DNA of 20,000 nt from an uncultured virus (IMG/VR IMGVR_UViG_2731957961_000002) (lineage: Duplodnaviria > Heunggongvirae > Uroviricota > Caudoviricetes), in the IMG/VR virus record IMGVR_UViG_2731957961_000002; one strand, given 5' to 3'. Each line of letters begins with the position of its first letter. Within the stretch, counting starts at the first letter, position 1. The notes below the pieces were generated by a model, which was not told the origin of the DNA, made no database searches, and worked only from the letters and a program-made list of their open reading frames with translations. Below, in pieces: positions 1-7,384 of this stretch. The position numbers were made by a program, and so were the translations under genes.

Positions 1-1
1 G

Positions 2-199
2 TATTGGGCCTACGCGCTGGCCGGTGTCGGCGTCTCCAACGACGTCATCTCAGGCGTCCCCGTGGTGACCGTGGTCGATAGCGGTTGCGTGGGTCCGGAG
101 TACAACGCCACCGTCAACGCCTTCGTCTACGGTGGCGGCAAGGTCATCCCCGGTGCCACCGCTGGCTCGGTCGGCAGCGGCGGCGTCTTCCAACCCTGA
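2..199 (+). CDS. 3' end of a probable phage tail fibre/structural protein (partial)
   Basis: Open frame 2 to TGA 197-199. Gly/Val-rich end YNATVNAFVYGGGKVIPGATAGSVGSGGVFQP resembles rhizobial phage tail-fibre C-termini. Lies upstream of an endolysin. Confidence 0.5.
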   Translation, partial: YWAYALAGVGVSNDVISGVPVVTVVDSGCVGPEYNATVNAFVYGGGKVIPGATAGSVGSGGVFQP

Positions 200-211
200 C
201 AGGAGAACAAC

Positions 212-421
212 ATGGCGAGAGTACCCTACGCGCAATTGCTCGCGGAGTTCGGCGACGCGCCGAACGCGCGGATACTGGCCGCCGCCAAGTACGGCTCGGA
301 GGCGCAATATTTCGAGCGCGAGCGCGAGGGCGAGCGCAATTTTCACCTCAACGGCGTGCTCAACAGTCCGGCGTGGAACGGCGGCGGTGCAGACACCGTC
401 GATCCGATCTCGGATCATTGA
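212..421 (+). CDS. hypothetical phage protein, 69 aa
   Basis: AGGAG RBS at 201-205; TGA overlaps the next ATG (TGATG). Confidence 0.7.
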   Translation: MARVPYAQLLAEFGDAPNARILAAAKYGSEAQYFEREREGERNFHLNGVLNSPAWNGGGADTVDPISDH

Positions 422-765
422 TGCGTGTTCTTGTCTGCGGCAGCCGGAATTATCGCGACCGCAATCACGTGTTTCGCGCGCTCGACATGCGCCACGCATC
501 ATCGCCAATCGCGGTGATCCTGCACGGCGGTGCGACCGGGGCGGACGCGATGGCGGCGGAATGGGCCAGCGAGAACGCCGTGGAAGCGCTCGAATACCTG
601 GCTGACTGGAAGAAGCTCGGGCCACATGCCGGCCCGAAGCGCAACGCCGACATGATCAAGTACGGCCAGCCGGATCTGGTGATTGCATTCCCCGGCAACT
701 CCGGAACAGAGGACATGGTCGACAAGGCCGAGCGCGCCGGCATCGAGGTCGAACGGATTGATTGA
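421..765 (+). CDS. DUF2493 / YspA-related SLOG family protein, 114 aa
   Basis: Motifs MRVLVCGSRNY, HGGATGAD, ADW...AGPKRN, VIAFPG..GT.DM. Translationally coupled to the upstream gene; true start is 421, not 85. Confidence 0.88.
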   Translation: MRVLVCGSRNYRDRNHVFRALDMRHASSPIAVILHGGATGADAMAAEWASENAVEALEYLADWKKLGPHAGPKRNADMIKYGQPDLVIAFPGNSGTEDMVDKAERAGIEVERID

Positions 766-777
766 AGGGAGTGAGCC

Positions 778-900
778 ATGATCGTTTTGCAGTGTCGCGG
801 TCCGTGCGTCGTCAATGCAGCTGTCCCGCTCCCGGATCCGCCGCCGGTCTGGACACCACCGGCCGCATTGGCTGCGCAGCGACAAACCAAGAGCAAGTAG
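778..900 (+). CDS. small Pro-rich hypothetical protein, 40 aa (MIVLQCRGPCVVNAAVPLPDPPPVWTPPAALAAQRQTKSK)
   Basis: AAGGGAG RBS at 765-771; fills the operon gap exactly and its TAG abuts the next GTG. Confidence 0.5.
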   Translation: MIVLQCRGPCVVNAAVPLPDPPPVWTPPAALAAQRQTKSK

Positions 901-1131
901 GTGATCTCCGCAACCATCATCCTGGCATTGCTGCATGCACCGAACGGTCACGACATTCACGTCAATCCGCGTGAAGTGACCAGTATGCATGCGGCAATTC
1001 CTGGCAAGAAGAACGAACTTGTCACTGAGGGTGTGCGTTGCGTGATCAATCTGACCGACGGCAGATTCGTCAGCGTGGTGGAGACCTGCGACGAAGTCAG
1101 CCGCCTGTTTCAAACCAAGAGGCCGCCATGA
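901..1131 (+). CDS. FlbD-like small protein, 76 aa
   Basis: Pattern L..PNG..I.VNP..V...VINLTDGRFVSVVET.DEV resembles the FlbD family; ATGA overlap with the lysin start. Confidence 0.6.
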   Translation: MISATIILALLHAPNGHDIHVNPREVTSMHAAIPGKKNELVTEGVRCVINLTDGRFVSVVETCDEVSRLFQTKRPP

Positions 1132-1876
1132 ACAGCGTTCCGATCTGCATCGATGTTAGCCACCACCAAGGCGTTATCGACGGCCGACTGTCGCGGCGTC
1201 AGGCGTGCGCGGCATGATCCACAAATGCAGCGAAGGCTCATCCTACACCGATCCCATGCGCGCCGAGAACTGCAGCGCCGCCCTCGCGGCCGGTCTCGGG
1301 ATCTCGACGTATCACTGGCTATCGCCTGGCTCAGATCCGCGCGACCAGATGGAGTTTTACCTGGAGCTGCTTGAGCCTCAGAATGGCGAGAGAGTTGTTG
1401 TCGACTACGAGGAAGATGGATGCCAGCTTTCCGATCTGAAGGCCGCAATCGCTGCGATCCTCGACATCAATGATACGCTCCGCGTAACCGTCTATTCCGG
1501 TCATCTCATCAAGGAACAATTGAGTGGCCGTGACGACTACTTGGCGGAGAATTGTGATCTCTGGTTGGCGCAGTACACGTCAGGCACGCCGACGTGGGAG
1601 ACCGCAACGTGGCCGGAATGGGCATTGTGGCAGTATAGCGAGACCGGCGTTATCCCCGGCATCGACGATGCCTATGTTGATCTCAATAACTTCAATGGCG
1701 ACGAGGAAGCCTTCCTGGCCTGGATCAATCCGGCCGGCGAGGAGCCGACACCGGTACCGCCGCCGATCACACGAGCGGTTACGGTCGACATCGAGGCGCC
1801 ACCCGGCGTCCAGGTGTCGGTCAACGGCACGACGATGTCCTATACACATCGAGCCCTACGAGCGAGTCTTAAATAA
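1128..1876 (+). pseudogene. GH25 muramidase (endolysin), frameshifted near 1182
   Basis: ATG 1128 gives MNSVPICIDVSHHQGVID. One missing base (GAC-[T]GG-CCG) would restore W-PTVAASGVRGMIHKCSEG...YHW...VDYEE...VYSG...LWLAQY...WALWQYS..G...VDLN, all GH25 motifs. Confidence 0.85.
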
Positions 1877-2109
1877 TGAATACCCTGGTCTGCTAGGCAA
1901 AGGGTCTTTGGAGGTTGAAGACCTGAAACAACATGAAAACGACCTGACCGAACTGCACGGCCAATTGGACGATTTTGCTTGGAAAATGGGCGGGCGGCGC
2001 GCCGAGAAAAAGACCGGCCAGACGTGAGATGATTGCACCTTGAGCGGGCGGCGGGGGGCTCCGGGGATAACCGGCGGTCGCTATCCGGCCGACGCAGGAT
2101 CGACGCTAG

Positions 2110-2328
2110 TCACCAGTCTCGATCATTCACGCGTTTGCCGATTTTCCAACAACCAGCCATGGACAGGTACTCGGCCTCGAAAAACGCCTTGACGTCGGTA
2201 CCCATCGCATCCTGCGTGGTGTCATCGAGCTGTTGATGCACCAGCCATTTGCGATCCTTGTCGTAGACCAATGCCAGCGCTTCCGGGTCGCTGCTCGCGA
2301 GCGTGGTCTGGACCTTCACGATTTCCAT
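2110..2328 (-). CDS. hypothetical protein, 72 aa (MEIVKVQ...RDW)
   Basis: GAAGG RBS before ATG 2328; EcfG-type promoter directly upstream. Confidence 0.7.
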   Translation of the reverse strand: MEIVKVQTTLASSDPEALALVYDKDRKWLVHQQLDDTTQDAMGTDVKAFFEAEYLSMAGCWKIGKRVNDRDW

Positions 2329-2356
2329 TTGGCGTACCTTCACGGTCCCGCCACAC

Positions 2357-2381
2357 AATGCTGATGCCCGACGTCGGTTCC
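2357..2381 (-). promoter_or_regulatory. EcfG/sigmaT-type promoter GGAAC-N16-CATT
   Basis: Near-consensus motif (consensus GGAAC-N16/17-CGTT) ending ~30 nt before ATG 2328. Confidence 0.6.
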
Positions 2382-2414
2382 AAAGCGCTCGTGGCAGAGT
2401 CCGGTTACGGGCCA

Positions 2415-2511
2415 TTAAAAAACGGCCCCTGGAGCGCAGGGACCGGTCAGTTGGGGGGAATCTCCATTTTTAGCTTAGGAGCAATATGCCGCAATGGACC
2501 GGCGGCACAGA
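2415..2511 (-). ncRNA. candidate EcfG-dependent sRNA B (~95 nt)
   Basis: Bounded by promoter 2517-2541 and terminator 2417-2445. Contains 5' hairpin TGCCGC/GCGGCA and C-rich tract TTCCCCCCAAC; no credible sense ORF. Confidence 0.55.
2417..2445 (-). terminator. intrinsic terminator
   Basis: Minus strand CGGTCCCTG-CGCTC-CAGGGGCCG-TTTTTT (9-bp stem with one G-U pair). Confidence 0.8.
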
Positions 2512-2516
2512 CCCGC

Positions 2517-2541
2517 AACCCATCGAAGAGGGCATCGTTCC
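2517..2541 (-). promoter_or_regulatory. EcfG-type promoter GGAAC-N16-GGTT
   Basis: Motif lies immediately downstream of terminator 2555-2588. Confidence 0.6.
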
Positions 2542-2552
2542 TAAGGCTCCAA

Positions 2553-2637
2553 CGAAAAAAAACGGCCCCCACGGGGATCGGGGGCCGTCGGTTCACAGAG
2601 TTTGCATGAGTGTGGTGCCGCTTCCACACGACACAGA
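2553..2637 (-). ncRNA. candidate EcfG-dependent sRNA A (~85 nt), coinciding with the csbD 3' region
   Basis: Bounded by perfect promoter 2643-2667 and terminator 2555-2588; 5' hairpin; no ORF. Confidence 0.55.
2555..2588 (-). terminator. intrinsic terminator
   Basis: Minus strand ACGGCCCCC-GATCCCCGT-GGGGGCCGT followed by a T-run. Confidence 0.88.
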
Positions 2638-2642
2638 CGACC

Positions 2643-2667
2643 AACGTGTTCAGGGCCGGATCGTTCC
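2643..2667 (-). promoter_or_regulatory. EcfG/sigmaT promoter GGAAC-N16-CGTT
   Basis: Perfect consensus beginning 8 nt downstream of the csbD stop codon. Confidence 0.7.
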
Positions 2668-2675
2668 TAGCGAAA

Positions 2676-2879
2676 TCACCAGCCTTGCCTGCCGTACCAG
2701 TCGTTGATTTCCTTTTGCGCTCGGTCCTTGGCATAGCCGTAGCGCTCCTGCAGACGCCCCTCAAGCTGTTCACGCTTACCGTCGATGACATCAAGGTCGT
2801 CGTCGGTTAGCTTGCCCCACTGCTCCTTGACCTTGCCTTTCATCTGCTTCCAGTTACCTTCGACGCGGTTCCAGTCCAT
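2676..2879 (-). CDS. csbD: CsbD/YjbJ family general stress protein, 67 aa
   Basis: MDWNRVEGNWKQMKGKVKEQWGKLTDDDLDVIDGKREQLEGRLQERYG signature; GGAGG RBS. Confidence 0.95.
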   Translation of the reverse strand: MDWNRVEGNWKQMKGKVKEQWGKLTDDDLDVIDGKREQLEGRLQERYGYAKDRAQKEINDWYGRQGW

Positions 2880-2909
2880 GATGAAGCCTCCAATTTTGAT
2901 ATTGGATTT

Positions 2910-2935
2910 AACGTCTTGAACGGGGCGCGCGTTCC
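2910..2935 (-). promoter_or_regulatory. EcfG/sigmaT promoter GGAAC-N17-CGTT for csbD
   Basis: Consensus motif 30 nt upstream of the ATG; csbD genes are typical general-stress-response targets. Confidence 0.8.
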
Positions 2936-2982
2936 TCGACGACACCCAAGCCGCTAGAGGTGGTCGGTCGTAGGTCAAAGCT

Positions 2983-3174
2983 CTAACTAAGATCGGGCTT
3001 AAAGCCCGCAGGCATTGCGGGGACGTCGTCCGGATCGGTGGCATTGACCTTGTTGCAGGCGGGGCACGGCGCGCCAGCGCCGCCACAACCGCAGGCCCGT
3101 TCCCCCAAGAACGGCCGATCAAGATGGTTCTCGCAAACCCACCGCGTGTTGTCGCATCTGGGGCAGTACTTCAC
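2983..3174 (-). CDS. small Cys-rich putative Zn-binding protein, 63 aa
   Basis: CPRC...WVCENH.DRP...ACGCGGAG.PCPAC; GGAGGA RBS before GTG 3174. Confidence 0.75.
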   Translation of the reverse strand: MKYCPRCDNTRWVCENHLDRPFLGERACGCGGAGAPCPACNKVNATDPDDVPAMPAGFKPDLS

Positions 3175-3196
3175 GATATGCGTCCTCCAGGAAACC

Positions 3197-3221
3197 AATG
3201 TCGGAGGATTCATTGTGTTCC
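3197..3221 (-). promoter_or_regulatory. EcfG-type promoter GGAAC-N16-CATT
   Basis: Ends ~22 nt upstream of GTG 3174. Confidence 0.6.
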
Positions 3222-3413
3222 GGGGTCTTGCTGCCGATCTAGCGCTGCTTTGCCCAGCCACTCAGCACAACGGTCAGCTAGCTTCTCGTATTCCTCGGCG
3301 ACCCGAAGCATTCGACGCGATTCGCGGGGGTCGTAGCGCAATTGCTTCGCCTTCATGCGGGTCGCCTTTGCGCGATCTCGCCAGTACTTCGGTTGTTTGA
3401 TCGGGTCATCCAT
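3210..3413 (-). CDS. small helical-hairpin hypothetical protein, 67 aa
   Basis: YWRDRA..TR..A...D...RRML.VAEEYEKLA pattern common in rhizobial small proteins. Confidence 0.7.
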   Translation of the reverse strand: MDDPIKQPKYWRDRAKATRMKAKQLRYDPRESRRMLRVAEEYEKLADRCAEWLGKAALDRQQDPGTQ

Positions 3414-3600
3414 GCAGCAAGTACTGCAACTTGCGAACCCATCGCTCCCAAACATTTGTGAAGCGGTCGGGAAAAATATGCAAGTTGGCGTTCCGAAAAC
3501 CGGTAGGCAGCCGTATAATACCGCTGTACGGCAATATGTGTTTTAGTTGCTATAGACGGTTGTAGTCGGGAACTTGTGGCAAACAAGCCAATTACGAAGG

Positions 3601-3679
3601 NNNNNNNNNNNNNNNNNNNNNNNNNNNNNNNNNNNNNNNNNNNNNNNNNNNNNNNNNNNNNNNNNNNNNNNNNNNNNNN
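3601..3679. other. assembly gap (N run)
   Basis: 79 consecutive Ns. Confidence 1.
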
Positions 3680-3779
3680 ATTTTTCTCACCTTGAATTTG
3701 ATGCAGGTCAATGCAGAAAGCCACGCTATGATCTCAATAGATCTCCCGTCCTACAGAGAGAAAGCGGAGGTCTATACGG

Positions 3780-3974
3780 GTGGATCATTTCGCCAACGCA
3801 AACGAACTTAGAAAACGAGCGGAAGAATTTCGACGAACGGCAGAAACCATCACCGAGCACCACACCAGAGCCAGCTTCCTGGAATTGGCGCGCTCCTATG
3901 ATGCGTTAGCTTACGCGGAGGAGGCGGCGGGAAAGGCCTTAGACCTGGCACGACGCCGGAGCCAAGAGAACTAG
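3780..3974 (+). CDS. small helical-hairpin hypothetical protein, 64 aa (same pattern as 3210-3413)
   Basis: GGAGG RBS; LRKRAEEFRR.AE......R..FLELARSYDALA. Confidence 0.7.
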   Translation: MDHFANANELRKRAEEFRRTAETITEHHTRASFLELARSYDALAYAEEAAGKALDLARRRSQEN

Positions 3975-4038
3975 CTGATCCAACTTTTGGAGTAGTGCCG
4001 CATCAGGTGCATGCACTTAGCCCCAAACGAAGCGCCCC

Positions 4039-4206
4039 TCACGTCTTCGCAGCTTCCTTGCTGATAGCGGAAATCGAATTTCCGGTCTTGCGCACGATGG
4101 CGGCCAGCTCAACGTTCGATAGCTTGAGACGCCGACGCAAAACCTTGACCTGCACCTTGCTGTTCATATCCAAAGAATTACGAAAGTACGGCCTTCGCTT
4201 GATCAT
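4039..4206 (-). CDS. DUF3606-like small protein, 55 aa
   Basis: RNSLDM...QVKVLRRRLKLS..EL..IV.KTGNSISAISKE pattern. Confidence 0.6.
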   Translation of the reverse strand: MIKRRPYFRNSLDMNSKVQVKVLRRRLKLSNVELAAIVRKTGNSISAISKEAAKT

Positions 4207-4276
4207 GATGCTCTCGCAATGATGGGAGCGACGCAACCGCCCTTGGCTGCTCGCAAGATTCCGTCTCTGGCAGCCA

Positions 4277-4302
4277 AACTGACTCAACCAGCTTATTGTT
4301 CC
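4277..4302 (-). promoter_or_regulatory. EcfG-type promoter GGAAC-N17-AGTT
   Basis: Motif 70 nt upstream of the DUF3606-like ATG. Confidence 0.5.
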
Positions 4303-4401
4303 TAAGTCCGCGCGATGGCGGCGACTAACTTTTGTTGTAGCGAGAGGTGGCCACCCGGTGCTGTCGTTCGACGTGGCCCTCTCCAAGGGCTGCCTCCAAG
4401 G

Positions 4402-4451
4402 GCTCCGGCTCCACGTCCCCTCCGTCCCCCGTCTGCGGAGCCGGGGCTTTT
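4402..4451 (+). terminator. intrinsic terminator-like hairpin with a large C-rich loop
   Basis: GCTCCGGCTCC...GGAGCCGGGGC-TTTT. Confidence 0.55.
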
Positions 4452-4458
4452 GGTGCGC

Positions 4459-4722
4459 TCACCGAGAATCGACCCACATCATGAACCAATGCGTGCGCCG
4501 GTCCGGCGCCTGGTTGCACGGATTTGGCGTCGGAGATCCCATCTTGAGCTTCGATTTGTCGATTGATTCCCACCGCCCCGGAAACTGCGTTGCAGCGAAA
4601 TCCTCGATCTCGACTTTCACCATGCTGTTCGGCGCACAGATCGAACAGGTGAAGCCGCCGAGCGCGGCGAACACCACAGACTCGTCGCCTCCATGTGCTG
4701 GAGAGTCATGGCTGATCGTCAT
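4459..4722 (-). CDS. hypothetical phage-like protein, 87 aa
   Basis: ATGA coupling to the upstream gene; CSIC and PNPC motifs. Confidence 0.7.
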   Translation of the reverse strand: MTISHDSPAHGGDESVVFAALGGFTCSICAPNSMVKVEIEDFAATQFPGRWESIDKSKLKMGSPTPNPCNQAPDRRTHWFMMWVDSR

Positions 4723-5156
4723 GATGATAGCGGTGGTTCGAGTTCAACAACGTTGACAGCGTGGTGGCCTGGTTCGAATTCTTCCATCCAGATCCGATGT
4801 GGTCGCCGCAATGGCCAACCGGTGAAGCCGAAGGCTCCCAGCACCGTCGTCAGCACCTCCAGCCCCGGCACCTTGCCGCGGTTGGCCGATGAGATCGACA
4901 GGTGCCGGAACAGGCCATCGGGTTGCTGTTCAAACGAGAGCGCGACCCGATAAGTGCCAAGGGCGAGATGTTGCGACGGATATTGCCGCCGTACCGCTTC
5001 AACACCCGATGCGCGTTCGCCGAGATCCAGGCTGTTGGTATCCGATTTGTCCGCGATTGATTCCAGCGCTTTCCAGGGGATTGGGTTCTGCCGGGCCTTC
5101 TCGACCGCTTCTGCGATCTGGGCCTCCTCGTCCGGACGGATCACAAGAACACTCAT
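4719..5156 (-). CDS. hypothetical phage-like protein, ~145 aa
   Basis: GGAG RBS before ATG 5156; SFEQQP.GLFRHLSIS motif; operon position. Confidence 0.75.
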   Translation of the reverse strand: MSVLVIRPDEEAQIAEAVEKARQNPIPWKALESIADKSDTNSLDLGERASGVEAVRRQYPSQHLALGTYRVALSFEQQPDGLFRHLSISSANRGKVPGLEVLTTVLGAFGFTGWPLRRPHRIWMEEFEPGHHAVNVVELEPPLSS

Positions 5157-5174
5157 ATACAACGTCTCCAACTG

Positions 5175-5738
5175 TTACGGCGTAACGGCCATCCTGGCTG
5201 GTGCACCCATGGCTTCCATTAGGTCGGTCAGCGAATGCTGCTGCTCTTGTTTCACGTTGCAGGCGTTCGAATTCAGTTCGTGCCATTGATCGTCCGGCGC
5301 CATCTGCGGCGGAATGATCGTGATCGCTTCGAGTGCGGTGCCGTAGCGCACCAGCCCGACGATGCCCTCGTCGCTACGCCGCGACAGGTAGGCACGCAGA
5401 TGCGGGTCGCGGTGGGCATCGGGATGCTTCGGGTCGCACCAGATTTGTACGACCTGAATGTGCTGCTGGTAGCCGTCGCCGTCGTTTTGCAGCGTGATGT
5501 AATCCGGCATGAGGTCGATGACATAATGCGAGCGATCCGGCCGCGAGAGATCCGCTGCGTCGTCGTTGACGAGCCAGCGGCAATTCCAGATCGCGCATTC
5601 GGGCGGCATGCCAGCGCGGTGATACAAAGCGCAGCCCTTGCCGAACTTCTGATGTCGGCAGCGCTCGCCAGCCTTCTTCCGCAGCGGCGGCACCGGCAGC
5701 AGCTTGCAGCAAAGCTGGCAATCACCGCATTGCCTCAC
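5175..5738 (-). CDS. CxxCxxCC (YkgJ-like) Zn/Fe-S-binding protein, 187 aa
   Basis: CGDCQLCC...C.H....GC.LY...P..C..WNC; GTGA overlap with the upstream stop. Confidence 0.8.
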   Translation of the reverse strand: MRQCGDCQLCCKLLPVPPLRKKAGERCRHQKFGKGCALYHRAGMPPECAIWNCRWLVNDDAADLSRPDRSHYVIDLMPDYITLQNDGDGYQQHIQVVQIWCDPKHPDAHRDPHLRAYLSRRSDEGIVGLVRYGTALEAITIIPPQMAPDDQWHELNSNACNVKQEQQHSLTDLMEAMGAPARMAVTP

Positions 5739-6049
5739 CGGAAGTATCCCTCAATCGACTCCATGATTTTCACTCGCTCGGCTTTCGGCATTGCCAGTCG
5801 CGCCTCAACTTCCTCGATCTCGACCTTGCGTTTGCCCCAAGCGGCAAACGTCTTGGGCGTGCACGAGCCATCCTTCACGCCAATAAATGGGATATACTCC
5901 ACGGTCTCGGGATCGATGTCGCGCCAGCTAACTGACCAGTCGTGGGCGACAAGCACTTCCCGGATGCGAGCCCATTTTCCGCCGATGTAGTAGCAGCCAG
6001 TTTTGATATCGGATCGTCTCAATTGTTCGTTCCTTGTCTCATCATGCAC
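5735..6049 (-). CDS. hypothetical protein, ~104 aa (start uncertain)
   Basis: Fills the operon gap; stop coupled to the next gene. Confidence 0.65.
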   Translation of the reverse strand: MHDETRNEQLRRSDIKTGCYYIGGKWARIREVLVAHDWSVSWRDIDPETVEYIPFIGVKDGSCTPKTFAAWGKRKVEIEEVEARLAMPKAERVKIMESIEGYFR

Positions 6050-6059
6050 ACGTTGACCG

Positions 6060-6530
6060 TCAGCGTCGCACCAATGTTCGCGCCAGGGCGACAATGCCGC
6101 GAATATGTTCCGATGGAAGTCGCATCATGGCCTCCACGACATCGAGTCCATCCTTGGTTGCGAGGAAGGCAGTGATCTTCGATGGCTGTCGCGATTTGCC
6201 ACTGCCAATGTCATCAATGAAGTGGGACATATCGGTATCCAGCAGATGAGCGATCTGCTGTAACCGCGAAGCACCAACGCGATTGACACCCTTCTCGTAC
6301 TTCTGGACCTGCTGGAAGCTCACGCCGAGCTTGTCACCAAGCTCAGCTTGACTCATCTTCATTTCCATTCGACGCGCCCGAATACGCTGGCCTAGCGTGG
6401 TGTCGACTGGTGTCGTGCCGCGCTGATGTCGTAACGTCGGTTTCTTTTTTGCGGCGTTGCCCATGGTTCTCTTCCCGCTTGCTCTTGCGTGGCTTGTGGT
6501 GGCCGTTCGTTTTGCATTCTTCCCCGTCAT
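6060..6530 (-). CDS. XRE-family HTH transcriptional regulator
   Basis: LGQRIRARR...MSQAELGDKLGVSFQQVQKYEKGVNRVGASRL. Start is 6530 (ATGA-coupled) or 6464. Confidence 0.92.
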   Translation of the reverse strand: MTGKNAKRTATTSHARASGKRTMGNAAKKKPTLRHQRGTTPVDTTLGQRIRARRMEMKMSQAELGDKLGVSFQQVQKYEKGVNRVGASRLQQIAHLLDTDMSHFIDDIGSGKSRQPSKITAFLATKDGLDVVEAMMRLPSEHIRGIVALARTLVRR

Positions 6531-7246
6531 GGGGCTGCGATCCGGTGGCGATGACCGTTGGTGCCTTTTGCTTTTTTCACCACCTTTGCCTTGTGCGCCG
6601 CGCGACCGCGCGGCTTCTTTGGGCGAGGCTCGACCGCGTTTAGTTTCGCCTGCCCTTGGTAGACGGTCAGTTCGCCTAGCCGCGCAAGGTAGTCCAGCTT
6701 CAGCTTGATCTGCTTGGGCGATAGCCCGGTGTCGCGCGCCAGCGCCGACAACGAAACCCATCGATCAAGGGACAGGTACTCCTTGATCTTCACGCTGCGG
6801 GAGCTGGGCGGCTCCGGCTTTGGCGGTGGCGGGACGACCTGCGCCGCGACCGTGTCGCGCAATGAGCCGACCACCTTGGCGACCCGCGTCATCAATGCCG
6901 TGAGGTCCGCCACTTCGCCACGCAGGGCGGACACCTGATCGGGGAGCGGCACCACCTCTTGCGGCAGGTTCAGCGCCTTGGCCAATTCGGGGTGCTTCTT
7001 TGGCTTCGTCTCCTGCTTCAGCGCCACGTTGTCGGCGCGTAACAGTCTGCGCACTTCGGCCCGCAGATTCATCCGAGCGCGCCAGTCGCTGCCTGTCTTG
7101 GAGGTGATGACGCGCCTGAGTTCTTTCTCGGGGACGACGCGCCAAGCGATTTCGATGTGCCCGCCGTTGGTGTGGGTGATTTGCGGCTTTATGCCGTGCT
7201 GCTTCAGTTCAGCTGTCGCGATTTCAGTTAGCTCTGAATGATGCAT
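6527..7246 (-). CDS. hypothetical protein, 239 aa: HicA-like N-terminus, coiled coil, winged HTH, basic tail
   Basis: TNGGHI...TSKTGSDWRARMNLRAEVRR; VSLSALARDTGLSPKQIKLKLDYL; Lys/Arg-rich end. Confidence 0.7.
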   Translation of the reverse strand: MHHSELTEIATAELKQHGIKPQITHTNGGHIEIAWRVVPEKELRRVITSKTGSDWRARMNLRAEVRRLLRADNVALKQETKPKKHPELAKALNLPQEVVPLPDQVSALRGEVADLTALMTRVAKVVGSLRDTVAAQVVPPPPKPEPPSSRSVKIKEYLSLDRWVSLSALARDTGLSPKQIKLKLDYLARLGELTVYQGQAKLNAVEPRPKKPRGRAAHKAKVVKKAKGTNGHRHRIAAP

Positions 7247-7384
7247 TGTCCCGCTTTTTCCCTAATTGAACTTGCGGACCATCGGGCCATCGCCGTCGCA
7301 TGTCCTTCTTGTTTACTCCCGGTGGTTGCGTTGACCGCAGGTAGTGCAAGCTAATTAACGCGCCGACGGTTGTACAGTGGCTTG

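Noticed and set aside
50..1113. Long alternative ORFs (50-625, 132-605, 499-1113) and similar shadows at 5235-5990, 7758-8315, 10086-10730 and 14922-15467
   Set aside because: Antisense or off-frame shadows of better-supported genes in GC-rich DNA.
1876..2027. Protein-like tail EYPGLLGK...GQT after the lysin
   Set aside because: No convincing start or RBS and no recognisable family; possibly a remnant.
2415..2669. CRISPR-like array
   Set aside because: Only two degenerate units, explained by promoter and terminator motifs; no cas genes in the window.
2486..2707. Plus-strand 73-aa ORF with an AGGAG RBS
   Set aside because: Runs antisense through a terminator, two promoters and the csbD end; the apparent RBS is the complement of CTCCT in candidate sRNA B. 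Not fully excluded.
3569..3593. GGAAC-N16-AATT promoter on the plus strand
   Set aside because: Degenerate -10 element, and the downstream sequence is an N gap.
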